Source of the DNA: Tubiluchus corallicola | Lineage: Eukaryota; Animalia; Priapulida | NCBI GenBank assembly: GCA_030141605.1 | Contig: JAQGDQ010002421.1 | Span: 1-54,755 of the forward strand | DNA: 54,755 bases | Direction of reading: 5' to 3' | Shown: in pieces, positions 20,570 through 32,187 of the stretch | Layout: every line of letters begins with the position of its first letter | Position numbering within the stretch: position 1 is the stretch's first letter | Notes under the pieces: generated by a model | Seen by the model: only the letters and a program-made list of their open reading frames with translations | Told to the model about the DNA's origin: nothing | Database searches by the model: none | Made by a program: the position numbers and the translations under genes

Positions 20570-21331
20570 ATGAAAAAGTTAAAATTTGAGATTTGTGCAG
20601 AATCATTAGAGTCTGTTAAGAATGCTAAAATAGCGGGAGCGGATAGGGTAGAATTATGTTCAAGCTTAATAGAAGGAGGAATTACTCCTGGATGGGGGCT
20701 TATAGAGGCATCAGCACAATTAGGTAGCATAGAGGTTCATGTAATGATACGCCCTCGTGGGGGTGATTTTGTATATTCTGAAGATGAATTTTCCGTGATG
20801 ACAAAAGATATAGAAATGCTCAAAAAATTTCAATTTGATAATGCAGGCGTGGTAGCAGGAGTGTTAACAAAAACAAATGAAATAGATGTTTTGCGAATGA
20901 AAAAATTGATAGAATTGACAAAACCTCTTCCTTTTACTTGCCATAGAGCGTTTGATAGGTGCAAAGATCCTTTGGTGGCGCTAGAGCAGTTGATAGAATT
21001 GGGAGTAGGTAGAGTGCTTACGTCAGGAGCAAAACAAACTGCCTTTGAAGGAAGGGAATTGATAGCGAAATTAATTCAACAAGCAAATGGAAGAATTGAA
21101 ATTATGCCTGGCTCAGGGATAAATGCAAATAATATTCAAGTAATATTATCAGATACAAAGGCAACAAACTTTCATTTTACTGCAAAAAAGTCGAGAAATA
21201 GTGTTGCCGAACCTATGCCTACCAACGTTTCATTCAACAAATTAACACCTGAAAAATATCAAGAGGAGGTACACTACTCTGATGTTGGCACGATAAAAGA
21301 GATAATGAATAAGGCAAAAGAGATGATATAA
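20570..21331 (+). CDS. cutC: Copper homeostasis protein CutC
   Basis: EIC, GADRVELC..L.EGGITP, VMIRPRGGDFVYS, HRAFD, RVLTSG. Confidence 0.93.
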   Translation: MKKLKFEICAESLESVKNAKIAGADRVELCSSLIEGGITPGWGLIEASAQLGSIEVHVMIRPRGGDFVYSEDEFSVMTKDIEMLKKFQFDNAGVVAGVLTKTNEIDVLRMKKLIELTKPLPFTCHRAFDRCKDPLVALEQLIELGVGRVLTSGAKQTAFEGRELIAKLIQQANGRIEIMPGSGINANNIQVILSDTKATNFHFTAKKSRNSVAEPMPTNVSFNKLTPEKYQEEVHYSDVGTIKEIMNKAKEMI

Positions 21332-21395
21332 TGCAGTGCTATGATGATGGAAAAATTGAAATTTATTGCTGTTAAAATTATAAGAAAGCAAAAAA

Positions 21396-22337
21396 TTGGT
21401 GAATACAAAAGACAGGCTATATAATGACTATGGTTCTTATATAAGATCGCAATTTGCAGGACAGCAAGTCCAAAAAATATCTATTAATGCAGGCTTTACT
21501 TGTCCAAATAGAGATGGTTCTAAGGCAAGAAAAGGATGCTATTATTGTAATAATGAAACATTTAGGCCAAATTATACCACGCCTGAAAAAAGCATTAAAC
21601 AACAAATAGAGGAGGGTATCTGTTTTTTTAAAAAAAAACATTCAGCCATGCAGTATATTGCCTATTTTCAATCATTTTCAAATACCTACTTACCTCTTCA
21701 CCAACTTAAACAAATTTACTCCGAAGCCTTGCAGCACTCTGAAATAAAGGGCATAATCATAAGTACCCGTCCTGATTGTGTAAATGATGATATATTAGAC
21801 TACATAGCTGAAATAAGCCAAAGCAAAATCTATGTTGCCATTGAGTATGGCATTGAAACTACTTTAGACAGAACGCTAAAAAGTATTAACAGGGCACATA
21901 CATTTGAAGAGACAAAGTGGGCAATAAATAAAACTGCAGAAAGAGGAATTAATGTTGGAGGGCATTTAATATTGGGGTTGCCAGGGGAAAAGCGAGAAGA
22001 GATGCTTGTTCATGCGGATGTTATTTCTAAATTGCCTATTAATACGCTTAAGATGCATCATTTGCAAATTGTAAAGAAAACTGTTTTTGCACACCAATTC
22101 AAAAAAGATGCTCATAGGTTTGAGCTGTTTAATTCGGCAGAGGAGTATGTTGATTTTATTGTGCAGTTTTTGGAACGTCTAAATCCAAAAATAGTGATAG
22201 AAAGGTTTGCAAGCCAAGCACCTCCTAAGTTTCTTATTGCTCCTGTTTGGGGCTTGAGAAATTACCAAATTGCAGAGATGGTGAATAAAAAGTTAGAGTT
22301 AAATAATACGTGGCAAGGAAAATTAATACAAAAATGA
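21396..22337 (+). CDS. TIGR01212/YhcC-family radical SAM protein
   Basis: AGFTCPNRDG...GCYYC, YFQSFSNTY, TRPDC, HLILGLPGE, WQGK. Confidence 0.9.
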   Translation: MVNTKDRLYNDYGSYIRSQFAGQQVQKISINAGFTCPNRDGSKARKGCYYCNNETFRPNYTTPEKSIKQQIEEGICFFKKKHSAMQYIAYFQSFSNTYLPLHQLKQIYSEALQHSEIKGIIISTRPDCVNDDILDYIAEISQSKIYVAIEYGIETTLDRTLKSINRAHTFEETKWAINKTAERGINVGGHLILGLPGEKREEMLVHADVISKLPINTLKMHHLQIVKKTVFAHQFKKDAHRFELFNSAEEYVDFIVQFLERLNPKIVIERFASQAPPKFLIAPVWGLRNYQIAEMVNKKLELNNTWQGKLIQK

Positions 22338-22347
22338 TAAAAAAGGC

Positions 22348-22378
22348 AAAGGCATATTTAAGTCTTAAATATGCCTTT
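22348..22378. terminator. Bidirectional terminator between convergent genes
   Basis: AAAGGCATATTTAAG-t-CTTAAATATGCCTTT inverted repeat. Confidence 0.7.
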
Positions 22379-22400
22379 TGTCCCTTTGTTTACCTTACTT

Positions 22401-23162
22401 TTATTCTTCTGTTTCTTTAATGTATCTACATGCAGAGACAATTTTTTCTTTAGACTTTTCACATCCTAATTTAGTTGCCATTTTCCAGTCTTGGCATGCT
22501 TTGTTATGTTCTCCTACAGAAAATCTTATTTCCCCTCGTGTAAAGAATATATCCTTCTTTTTTTTGTTATTATTGGTTGCCATAGCCTGTTGTAGAACAG
22601 AAAAAGCAGCTTCTGTATTGTTGTTTTTGTGTTTTACTTTTGCCAAATTGATTTTTGCTTGAACATTACTTTCATCTAATTTGATTGACTTTTTGTAATC
22701 GTTGATTGCTCCTGTAGAGTTACGAATTTTTTCTCGCACCATAGCTCTAAGAAAATATGTCTTTGCTTCTGCTGGGTTTAGACTTATGGCTCTTGAGTAA
22801 TCTTTTTCTGCGGATTTATAGTGCCGAAGCTGCTCTCTTGTGCGTGCTCTATATAAGTAGCCCATCGGATTTTTAGGATCCATTTTTATAAACATAGAGT
22901 AATTATCTTCTGCTTCTTCATATTTGTTGATACTTAAAAAAACTAATCCTCTTGCGTGGTACGCTTTTACAAGTCCTGGATTTGATCTCAGGGATTTGGT
23001 AAATTCTTCTAATGCATCTGCAATAAATCCTGAGTATGCAAACTCCAAACCTTTAGTATAGTGCTTTTCTGCTTTTTTATTTTTTTTCTCTACCTTTTTC
23101 TTTGCCTCAACAGACATACTTGATAAGACCAAGAAAGTTACAAGTAATAGTTTAGTTTTCAT
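22401..23162 (-). CDS. Secreted tetratricopeptide-repeat protein
   Basis: Signal peptide, repeated TPR patterns (AYHARG, YLYRA, YFLRA), terminal ACQDW..A..LG. Confidence 0.85.
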   Translation of the reverse strand: MKTKLLLVTFLVLSSMSVEAKKKVEKKNKKAEKHYTKGLEFAYSGFIADALEEFTKSLRSNPGLVKAYHARGLVFLSINKYEEAEDNYSMFIKMDPKNPMGYLYRARTREQLRHYKSAEKDYSRAISLNPAEAKTYFLRAMVREKIRNSTGAINDYKKSIKLDESNVQAKINLAKVKHKNNNTEAAFSVLQQAMATNNNKKKKDIFFTRGEIRFSVGEHNKACQDWKMATKLGCEKSKEKIVSACRYIKETEE

Positions 23163-23294
23163 ATTTTTTGTCTTTTAGGTAAATATTCCCTCATTAGGTT
23201 TCACTAAAACCAAAAAAACAGTTGTTTTGTTTGCTTTTTTTTAAAAAAATGTTAGGAGCCTCTGTTTTTTACCTTAAAACTTTGTTGTTTTTCT

Positions 23295-25874
23295 TTATTG
23301 ATTCTGGTTTTTTCTGGGAGTTTTTGTTTTTAAAGAAAATGTTATTCCTTTCTTTTTTGCATTGTATTTTACGATAATAGTATCATCCTTTTTTACATTG
23401 TTTTTCAATATATACTCTGCGGCAGGCTCTTCAATATATTTTTGAATAGCCCTATTAAGAGGCCTTGCTCCGTATTGTGCATCATATCCTATGTCTGCAA
23501 TGAATTCTTTGGCTTGCTGAGAAAATCTTATATTTTGGTCAATATTTTTCATTCGCTCTACAAGTTCTTTTATATTGATGTCTATAATTTTGTAAATACT
23601 CTTTTTTTTGAGTGACTTAAATACAATAACATCATCAAGACGATTTAGGAACTCAGGGCTAAATGCCTTTTTGAGTGCTTTTTCAATAGTGGTTTTTATA
23701 GTGCTATCAAGATCATCATTTGTAGATTGCGTTGCAAACCCTATACCACTTCCAAAGTCTTTGAGTTCTCTAATTCCAATATTGGATGTCATTATGATGA
23801 TAGTATTTCTAAAATCTATTTTTCTACCTAACCCATCTGTTAATATTCCATCATCTAACACTTGTAGTAATAGGTTAAATATATCTGGATGGGCTTTTTC
23901 TATTTCATCTAATAACACAACGCTATAAGGTTTTCTTCTTACTTTTTCAGTGAGCTGACCTCCTTCTTCATGCCCTACATATCCAGGAGGAGCACCTAAT
24001 AGCCGTGAGACAGAAAATTTCTCCATATATTCGCTCATGTCAACACGTATCAAAGAGTCCTCTTTATCAAAAAGATAGGATGCCAGTACTTTTGCTAGCT
24101 CTGTTTTTCCTACGCCAGTGGGTCCTAAGAATATAAATGAACCTATTGGTTTTTGTGGGGGTTTTAACCCTACTCTTGTTCTTTGTATTGCCTTAACTAG
24201 TTTGTCAATAGCTTCATCTTGCCCAATGATTTTTTTTGCTAATTCACTGTTCATGCTTAACAGTTTTGAATTTTCTGCTTGAGCAATTTTTCGCACAGGG
24301 ATCCCTGTCATTATTGATATTACTTCTGCAACGTTATCTTCTGTTACGGGATGCTTGTTTTTATTTGAGATTTTTTCCCACTTTTCTTTTGCTTTTTCTA
24401 ATTGGATTAATAGGTTGCGCTCTTTATCTCGTAGCGGGGCGGCTTCTTCATATTTTTGGTTGCTAACTACTTGGTTTTTCTTTTTTTTGATGGCAGCAAT
24501 TCTACCTTCTAATTCTGTTATTTCATTAGGGGTATCCATGTTATTCATGTGCACAAATGCACCTACTTCATCTAGCACATCTATTGCCTTGTCGGGTAGA
24601 TATCTATTATTAATATACCTTTCAGACATTTTCACAGATGCTTCAATTACTGATTTAGAATAGGATACATGATGGTGAGTTTCATACTTTTCTTTTATGT
24701 TTGCAAGTATCTCAATAGTTTCTTCGGGGGAAGATGCCTCAATCAATACGGTTTGAAACCTTCTTGCAAGCGCTCCATCTTTTTCTACATATTGCCTATA
24801 TTCGTCAAGCGTTGTTGCTCCTATACATTGTATTTCTCCTCGTGCAAGTGCTGGTTTAAAGATATTTGATGCGTCTAACGATCCTGAGGCTCCGCCTGCT
24901 CCTACTAATGTGTGTAGTTCATCTATAAATAAAATTACATTTGTAACTTTTTCAAGTTCGTTCATTATAGCTTTCATACGCTCTTCAAACTGCCCTCTAT
25001 ATTTTGTTCCTGCTACTAAACTTGCCAAATCCAACATTACTATTCGTTTGTCAAATAGCATTCTTGATATTTTCCTTTCTACAATCCTACTTGCTAGTCC
25101 TTCTGCTATTGCTGTTTTTCCTACTCCAGGTTCACCTATTAAAACGGGGTTATTTTTTTTTCTTCTACTGAGTATTTGGGCTACTCTATCTATTTCTTTA
25201 TTTCTTCCTACGATGGGGTCTAATTTACCTGTTTCTGCTAATTTTGTAAGGTCTCTTCCAAAATTGTCTAATACGGGAGTTTTGGTTTTTTCTTCAAGAG
25301 TTCGCAGACTACTTTTTTTGTCAGGTATTTTTTCTTTTTCCCCTTTTTCTTCGCGCTCCATATCATCATCACTACTTGATGCCATGTTTTCCCAAGAATC
25401 TTCTTCTGCATTTTTGCTTTCTATTGATGGCGGAGTTGAGGGGGGGGATTGTTCAAGTTGTTCTTTTACGCAGCTATAATCTACCTTAAACTGTTTTAAC
25501 ATTTTTATGACTATATTGTCGCTATCTCTTAGAATAGAAAGCAGTAGGTGCTCTGTTCCTATAACATCACTTTTATATCGCTTGGCTTCTAAATATGTAA
25601 TTTTTAATACTTTTTCTGCCTGTCGAGTAAAAGGAATGTTGTTGGCGTTAATATTGGTGTTTTTGTTGGTTTTTGTTGCATTTTCAATGGCTATGCGCAA
25701 TTCGTGAAAAGGAACACCAAATTTCTTTAAAACACTTGCTGCGGTTCCTTTTCCTTCTCGCATTATAGCTAGCAAAATATGCTCTACTCCTACATATCCA
25801 TGTTCTAATCTCAGAGCTTCTTCTTTGCTAAGAGTCATGATTTTTTTTACCCTATCTGAAAACTTAGAATCCAT
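23295..25874 (-). CDS. clpC: ATP-dependent Clp protease ATP-binding subunit ClpC
   Basis: Clp N repeats, GEPGVGKTA, UVR motif YEEAAPLRD, GPTGVGKTELAK, GAPPGYVG. Confidence 0.95.
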   Translation of the reverse strand: MDSKFSDRVKKIMTLSKEEALRLEHGYVGVEHILLAIMREGKGTAASVLKKFGVPFHELRIAIENATKTNKNTNINANNIPFTRQAEKVLKITYLEAKRYKSDVIGTEHLLLSILRDSDNIVIKMLKQFKVDYSCVKEQLEQSPPSTPPSIESKNAEEDSWENMASSSDDDMEREEKGEKEKIPDKKSSLRTLEEKTKTPVLDNFGRDLTKLAETGKLDPIVGRNKEIDRVAQILSRRKKNNPVLIGEPGVGKTAIAEGLASRIVERKISRMLFDKRIVMLDLASLVAGTKYRGQFEERMKAIMNELEKVTNVILFIDELHTLVGAGGASGSLDASNIFKPALARGEIQCIGATTLDEYRQYVEKDGALARRFQTVLIEASSPEETIEILANIKEKYETHHHVSYSKSVIEASVKMSERYINNRYLPDKAIDVLDEVGAFVHMNNMDTPNEITELEGRIAAIKKKKNQVVSNQKYEEAAPLRDKERNLLIQLEKAKEKWEKISNKNKHPVTEDNVAEVISIMTGIPVRKIAQAENSKLLSMNSELAKKIIGQDEAIDKLVKAIQRTRVGLKPPQKPIGSFIFLGPTGVGKTELAKVLASYLFDKEDSLIRVDMSEYMEKFSVSRLLGAPPGYVGHEEGGQLTEKVRRKPYSVVLLDEIEKAHPDIFNLLLQVLDDGILTDGLGRKIDFRNTIIIMTSNIGIRELKDFGSGIGFATQSTNDDLDSTIKTTIEKALKKAFSPEFLNRLDDVIVFKSLKKKSIYKIIDINIKELVERMKNIDQNIRFSQQAKEFIADIGYDAQYGARPLNRAIQKYIEEPAAEYILKNNVKKDDTIIVKYNAKKKGITFSLKTKTPRKNQNQ

Positions 25875-26044
25875 ATTTATCCATTTAATAATGTAAATAA
25901 AAAATCTTTGTTGTTAATTATCAAGTTTTATTAGAATTAAATTATAAAATGGATTAAAAAAATAAAAAAGTATCTAAGATTACATTCTTTTTTTCTTATC
26001 TACTTGTTATAATTTGGGGTGTTAAGGACAAATTTATAGCAGAG

Positions 26045-28810
26045 TTATATAACGATATTTACTATTTTATTAGGCACAATGATAATTTTTTTAGGTTCTT
26101 TTTCATTTAGCCATTTTTGTATTTTTTCATTTTTTAATACTTGTTTTTTTATATTCTCGTTGCTTTCATTTGTTGGCAGCTTTATTTTTGCTCTCATCTT
26201 TCCGTTGACTGTAATGGGGCATTCAAATGACGGTGTTGTAAGATATGCTTCATTGTAGGTTGGGAACTTTGCATGTAAAATACTAGTTGAGTTTCCTATA
26301 ATATGCCATAATTCTTCACTAATATGTGGGGCGAAAGAAGAAAGCAATATTGTTAAGTCAGACAATATGGATTTGTTATTGCACTTCATTTCTGTTAATT
26401 GGTTTACACAAATCATAAGCTCACTTACGGCAGTGTTAAATGATAATCGTTCTATATCATTTTCTATCTTTTTTATAGCTTTGTGTAGCACCCTTAATTC
26501 TTCGGGGGAGGATTTTTCTTCAGATAAATTTATGTGTCCATTGGTATCGAAGAATAAATTCCAGTATTTTTTTAAAAACCTTGACACTCCATCTATACCT
26601 TTGGTATCCCAGGGTTTTGATAATTCTATGGGACCTAAAAACATTTCATACATCCTAAAAGTGTCTGCTCCATAAATAGCAACAATATCATCGGGGGTGA
26701 CAGTATTGTATTTGCTTTTTGACATTTTTTCTATCAAATATCCACATTTATATTTGCCATTTTCTAATACAAACTTAGCTTCTTTATATTCTGCTCTTTG
26801 TTGCTTAAAGGCTTCTATATCTAATGTGTCATTATGTACTATGTTTACATCTGCATAAAGTTCTATAGTGTCGTAATTATCTTTTAGCCCAAATGATACA
26901 AAAGTATTTTCTGTTTTGATTTTGTAGACAATATTAGATCGTCCCTGTATCATTCCTTGATTTACTAATCTTTTAAAAGGTTCATCATGAAAGACGTGCC
27001 CAACATCGTACAAAAATAAATTCCAAAATCTTGAATAGATTAAATGTCCTGCTGCGTGTTCTGTCCCGCCTATATACAAATCTACTTGGTTCCAATATTT
27101 TGCTGATTTTTCACTGGCAAATTTATCTTTGTTTTTAGGATCCATATATCTTAGAAAATACCAGCTTGATCCTGCCCATCCCGGCATTGTAGTATGTTCG
27201 TAGTCATATTTTTCTTTGTATTTCCATCCTGTAGCTCTAGCCAGGGGAGGCTTTCCATCTTTTGTGGGTTTATAACTATCTATTGATGGCAATAGTAAAG
27301 GGAGTTCTTTTTCTTTTATCAAGTACGGGATATCATCTTTATAATATATGGGAACTGGTTCGCCCCAATATCTTTGGCGACTAAACACGGCATCTCGCAT
27401 TTTATAATTTGTTTTTGCTGTCCCTATATTTTTTTCTACGGCATATTCAATAGCTTTTTGAATGGCATTTTTTGTATATAAGCCATTCAAAATACCGGAG
27501 TTAACCATTTTCCCTTCTTTTTTGTCAGTAGGGTTATCTAAATTTTCAGTGCCCTCTATAATGCGTTTTATAGGGATATTAAAGTGTTTGGCGAACCTAT
27601 AGTCCCTGTCATCAGAAGAAGGGACTGCCATTACTATTCCTGTTCCATAGCCATGCAGTACATAGTCGGCTACCCATAATGGCACTTTTTCATTATTAAA
27701 CGGATTGACAACATAGCTCCCAGTAAATACGCCTGACATTTCTTTTACATTTGTCATGCGCTCTCTATCGGAGCGGTGTGCAGATTTTTCAACATAAGCA
27801 TTAACCTCTTCTAGGTGCTGAGAACAAGTAAGCTGTTGTACCATAGGATGTTCTGGCGCTATAGCTACATAAGTAACTCCAAATATGGTATCAGGGCGTG
27901 TGGTAAAGACTGTCAATGTATCACCTTTTTCTGACTTGAAATTTATTTCACAGCCAAATGATTTTCCTATCCAATTGGACTGCATCTCCTTCATGGCGTC
28001 TGACCATGAAAGTGTATCTAAGTTTTTCAATAATCTATCGGCATATGCTGTCACCCTCATCATCCACTGCTTCATATTTTTTCTTTCCACTGGATGCCCT
28101 CCGCGCTCTGATAGACCATCTTTTACCTCATCATTAGCTAATACTGTACCTAAAGCAGGGCACCAGTTTACTAATGCAAATGCGGGATAGGTAAGCCTAT
28201 ATTTCAGCAATATCTCTTGTTGTTCTTTTTCTGAAAAAGAGTTCCATTTGCTAGCGTTGAATGTAGGGGTATCTTCATCACAAGCTGCTTGTATGTTTTT
28301 ATTGCCGTCAATTTCAAATGTTGAAATAAGTGTTTCTATTGGTTCTGCTTTTTCTTTAGCTTTATTATACCATGACTTGAACAATTGCATAAAAATCCAT
28401 TGTGTCCATTTATAATAATCGGGGTCGCAAGTTTGTATTTCTCTGTTCCAATCAAATGACAAAGCCAATAATTTTAATTGTTTTTTATAACGCTCTATAT
28501 TTTTTTGAGTAGACTTGTTGGGATGTTGCTCTGTTTGTATGGCGTATTGTTCGGCTGGAAGTCCAAAGGCATCAAAACCCATTGGATGCAGAACATTAAA
28601 TCCTTTTAATCTTTTGTATCTAGAAAAAATGTCTGATGCTACATATCCTAGTGGGTGCCCAACATGTATGCCTGCTCCTGACGGATAAGGAAACATATCT
28701 AGCACATAGAATTTGGGTCTGTTTTCATCAATTTCAACTTTGTGGAGCTGATTTTTATTCCAATAATTTTGCCACTTAGGTTCTATTTCTTTTGGATTGT
28801 AACTGTTCAT
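26045..28810 (-). CDS. leuS: Leucine--tRNA ligase
   Basis: MFPYPSG..HVGH, FSRQRYWGEP, KMSKS. Likely start is the ATG at 28810, with a -7 element at 28865-28872. Confidence 0.97.
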   Translation of the reverse strand: MNSYNPKEIEPKWQNYWNKNQLHKVEIDENRPKFYVLDMFPYPSGAGIHVGHPLGYVASDIFSRYKRLKGFNVLHPMGFDAFGLPAEQYAIQTEQHPNKSTQKNIERYKKQLKLLALSFDWNREIQTCDPDYYKWTQWIFMQLFKSWYNKAKEKAEPIETLISTFEIDGNKNIQAACDEDTPTFNASKWNSFSEKEQQEILLKYRLTYPAFALVNWCPALGTVLANDEVKDGLSERGGHPVERKNMKQWMMRVTAYADRLLKNLDTLSWSDAMKEMQSNWIGKSFGCEINFKSEKGDTLTVFTTRPDTIFGVTYVAIAPEHPMVQQLTCSQHLEEVNAYVEKSAHRSDRERMTNVKEMSGVFTGSYVVNPFNNEKVPLWVADYVLHGYGTGIVMAVPSSDDRDYRFAKHFNIPIKRIIEGTENLDNPTDKKEGKMVNSGILNGLYTKNAIQKAIEYAVEKNIGTAKTNYKMRDAVFSRQRYWGEPVPIYYKDDIPYLIKEKELPLLLPSIDSYKPTKDGKPPLARATGWKYKEKYDYEHTTMPGWAGSSWYFLRYMDPKNKDKFASEKSAKYWNQVDLYIGGTEHAAGHLIYSRFWNLFLYDVGHVFHDEPFKRLVNQGMIQGRSNIVYKIKTENTFVSFGLKDNYDTIELYADVNIVHNDTLDIEAFKQQRAEYKEAKFVLENGKYKCGYLIEKMSKSKYNTVTPDDIVAIYGADTFRMYEMFLGPIELSKPWDTKGIDGVSRFLKKYWNLFFDTNGHINLSEEKSSPEELRVLHKAIKKIENDIERLSFNTAVSELMICVNQLTEMKCNNKSILSDLTILLSSFAPHISEELWHIIGNSTSILHAKFPTYNEAYLTTPSFECPITVNGKMRAKIKLPTNESNENIKKQVLKNEKIQKWLNEKEPKKIIIVPNKIVNIVI

Positions 28811-28994
28811 TTCTTCATGTAATGTGTTGTAAAAAAGAAGAGTTTTTGTATTTGAAAGCTTCCACAAAGGTAAAAACATTTTTTGCCTTTGCAAATCTTT
28901 TTATTTGTTATGGACAAAAAGTTGCTTTATCTTGTTTGGTAGCCATTCGATCAAAAGAGAAGGGGCGAATTTTTTAAAACCATGAAAAAACCGT

Positions 28995-29002
28995 TATCTT
29001 TG
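28995..29002 (+). promoter_or_regulatory. Bacteroidota -7 promoter element
   Basis: TATCTTTG upstream of the ATG at 29042. Confidence 0.5.
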
Positions 29003-29041
29003 CTTTTTAACCACAAATTCTATACTGTTTAAAGTAGTTCA

Positions 29042-31366
29042 ATGAGATATGATTTAAAAAATATATATTTATTCATACTTTTATTATTGATTTTTGGAGC
29101 ATTGAATAATACTTATTCTCAACCCAACAGTAGTTCTTATAGGGTGTTTGTAAAGAATGGAAAACAAGGACTAAAAAACAAATCAAATAAAATCGTTATT
29201 CCTGCCATGTATGATACTATAGGTTGGAGCAATGCACCTTTTTTTTTAGTGAATAATGTTGTGGGGGTTAAAAGGGGTCAACGTTGGGGGATGATGCATG
29301 TGAAAAAAGGATTAATCTCATCATTAAAATATCTATCTCTTGAAGTTTTTAATGATAAATTCATAATAGCCTCTAAGACTCATAATATTTCTGGGCAACA
29401 AGTGTGGGGAATGATAAATGCTAAAAATCAAGAGGTTACTGATTTTAAGTACTTTAGTTTACTAAAATATAAAAGTGAATTTATTATAGCATCTATACGA
29501 AAAAACAACATGCTCTACTTTACACTGTTGGATAAGCAAGGAAGAAAGCTGCCTTTTAACTATTATGACATACATCCAATTTCTGATACATACTGTGTTG
29601 CAACGAATACACGGAAAAAAGCAGGAATAATAGATAATATGGGTAATCATATTTTGCAATTTGTGTTTGATAGCGCTCAATTTGTGGATGGACAAGAGTA
29701 TGTTTTTTTATATAAAAATGGCAAAAAAGGAGTGTTTATTCCTAAGTATTTTAAGCTTGTAGAGCCAGAGTATTTGGACATTCAAGTAAGCAATGATGTT
29801 ATTCGTGTCTTGAAGCATCATACATGGCAATTGCTTACAGCAAACAATGATAAAATAAATAGTTTTAATTATGATTGGATGTCTACAATTGGCAATGGAT
29901 TATATAAAGTAAAAATTGGAGAAAGAGAAGGAATAGTAAATAAAAGAAACCAAATTATATTGGGTTTCAAGTCCTCAAAGATTATATCATTAAATAAGCA
30001 GAGTGTTATCTTTAAAGAGCATGGAAAGCATGGTGTGCTAAATATTGTAAGTAAAAACACTATTTTGCCAGCAGTATATGATACACTATTCTTTATAGAT
30101 GACTATATAGTAGGAAGAATATCTAGCAATTTTAAACAGGGTTGGGGTGTTTTTGATGAACAAGGCAAGAATATTGTTCCAATGCTTTATGAACAAGTGA
30201 AACGCGCTGGAAAAAATTTATTTACCGTGCAAACATCTCAAGATAATTGGGGGATAATAAACCAACATGGGCAAGAGATTGTTTTTCCAAGATTTTCAAA
30301 AATAGAGCCACTAAATGATTATTTTTTCAAAGTGGAATTTGAGGGAGATGTAGGAATCATTAGAGCAAATGGAACATGGGAAGAGTTTCCAAGTAGAAAA
30401 AAAATAGAACGGATAGCAAAAAACAGATATATAATAAAGTATCCAAGTGGGGTTACTTCGCTGAAAAAGTTTGGAAATCAACATTTACTGCTTTGTCGTT
30501 GTAATATAAAAACCATTAATGGGTATTTGTTAATTCAATTTGATGACAATAAAATGGGATTGGTAAATATGGACGGAGAGGAGGTCGTTGCTCCCATATA
30601 TGACAATATACTCTATTGGGAACATGAAAATATGTATGTTGTGACGGAAGATGGGAAACAGGCACTTTTAAATGAAAATTTAGAGCTTGTTTTGCCTAGC
30701 AACCATTGGGTAGATGAAATAGTAAGTATGCAAGGTGAGTTTATTGGCTTTAGGATGAACAATAAATATGGAGCAATAAACTACAGAGGGATTTTAAGAA
30801 TAACCAATAGATATGAAGGAATAGGGATTATGCAAGAAGATAGAATACCTATAAAAATTCAGGGAAAGTGGGGATACATTAATAAAGCAGAGCAGTTGAT
30901 AGTTCAGCCTAAATACGAGCATGTTTTAGGGTTTGTTGGCAATGTGAGTGTCGTAAGGCAAAACAACAAATTTGGCTTGATAGACATTAATGGCAATGTT
31001 ATTATTGAGCCTACATATCACTCTTTCAAATGGAATGATAAAATATTTATTATTGAAAGATATGGGAAAAAGGAATTGTAAATGAACATGGAAAAATATT
31101 ACCTGCAATTTGATGAGTTAAAATATTTAGACGATAATAGCGTAATTATAAAAGATGAAAACAAATATGGGGTGGTTTCGTTGAAAGCAAAAAAGGGAAT
31201 ACCCATACAATTTGAGCACATAGAGTATGACAATGTAAATAATTGCTTTTTAACAATGCAACCTTCACAGTGGGACGTTTATATAGATAGTCATCAAGGT
31301 TTGAAAATGGAGAAATATTTAACGCCAAAGGGCTACAACTATTTAAACAAAAAAATAAATAGCTGA
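29042..31366 (+). CDS. WG (KWG) beta-repeat protein, interrupted near 31070-31100
   Basis: Repeats of KWGYIN..G..I..P.Y. ORFs 29042-31081 and 31082-31366 are in the same frame, and a shifted frame between them reads GIVNEHGKIL (compensating indels). Confidence 0.8.
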
Positions 31367-31386
31367 AAAAAAGATACGTAAGAATT

Positions 31387-31947
31387 ATGAAAAATGTAAT
31401 TATAGGCTTGGGAAATGTAGGGGAGCAATATGAAAACACAAGGCATAATGTAGGCTTTATGGTAGCACAACAGATTGCAGAGAAATTTGAAAAGCAGTAT
31501 TTGCAAGATAAATTAGCTTTTGTTTGTGATGTAAAATATAAAGGAAGAATTATATATCTTGTCAAGCCTACTACATATATGAATTTGAGCGGAAGGACTG
31601 TGAACTATTATCTTCAAAAACTAAAAATACCAATACAAAATGCTTTGATTGTTACAGATGATATAGCACTTCCATTAGGGAAATTAAGAATGCGCCCTAA
31701 GGGCTCTGATGGAGGACATAATGGACTAAGAAATATTGAATTAGCCCTAAATACAAATCAATATCCTCGGCTTAGAGTTGGAATAGGAAGGAGTTTTTCG
31801 AAGGGAAGGCAAGTAGATTATGTGTTGAATCCTTTTGACACAGAAGAAGAAAAATTATTGAAAGAGACTATTAAAACATCCGTAGAGGCATGTCTCTCTT
31901 TTTGCTTTCTTGGAATAGAAAGAACGATGAATTTGTTTAACAAATAA
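31387..31947 (+). CDS. pth: Peptidyl-tRNA hydrolase
   Basis: GLGN.G..Y.NTRHNVGF, KPTTYMNLSG, GSDGGHNGL, RLRVGIG. Confidence 0.97.
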   Translation: MKNVIIGLGNVGEQYENTRHNVGFMVAQQIAEKFEKQYLQDKLAFVCDVKYKGRIIYLVKPTTYMNLSGRTVNYYLQKLKIPIQNALIVTDDIALPLGKLRMRPKGSDGGHNGLRNIELALNTNQYPRLRVGIGRSFSKGRQVDYVLNPFDTEEEKLLKETIKTSVEACLSFCFLGIERTMNLFNK

Positions 31948-32187
31948 TGGTGAGATTCATGTTAGACTTTCCATTGATGTTGCTTTATGTTAAGCTACTT
32001 GGATGGTATAACAAAAATCTAAGTATGATTATAACTAATGTTGGAAAGAAGGCATTTTTTTTATTTTGTCTCATGATTGTATGGGTTTTAAGGGTTATGG
32101 AACGTCTTCTGCTTTTTATAGTTTAATTTGTAGGGCATACATTATCTTTTTCTTTTTCTTTGTTTTTTCTCACTACTCTTTTTTTCG

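Noticed and set aside
31070-31100. Programmed readthrough or frameshifting in the WG gene and other split genes
   Set aside because: Compensating indels explain the in-frame stop. The gene families involved are not known for recoding, and no stimulatory structure was seen.
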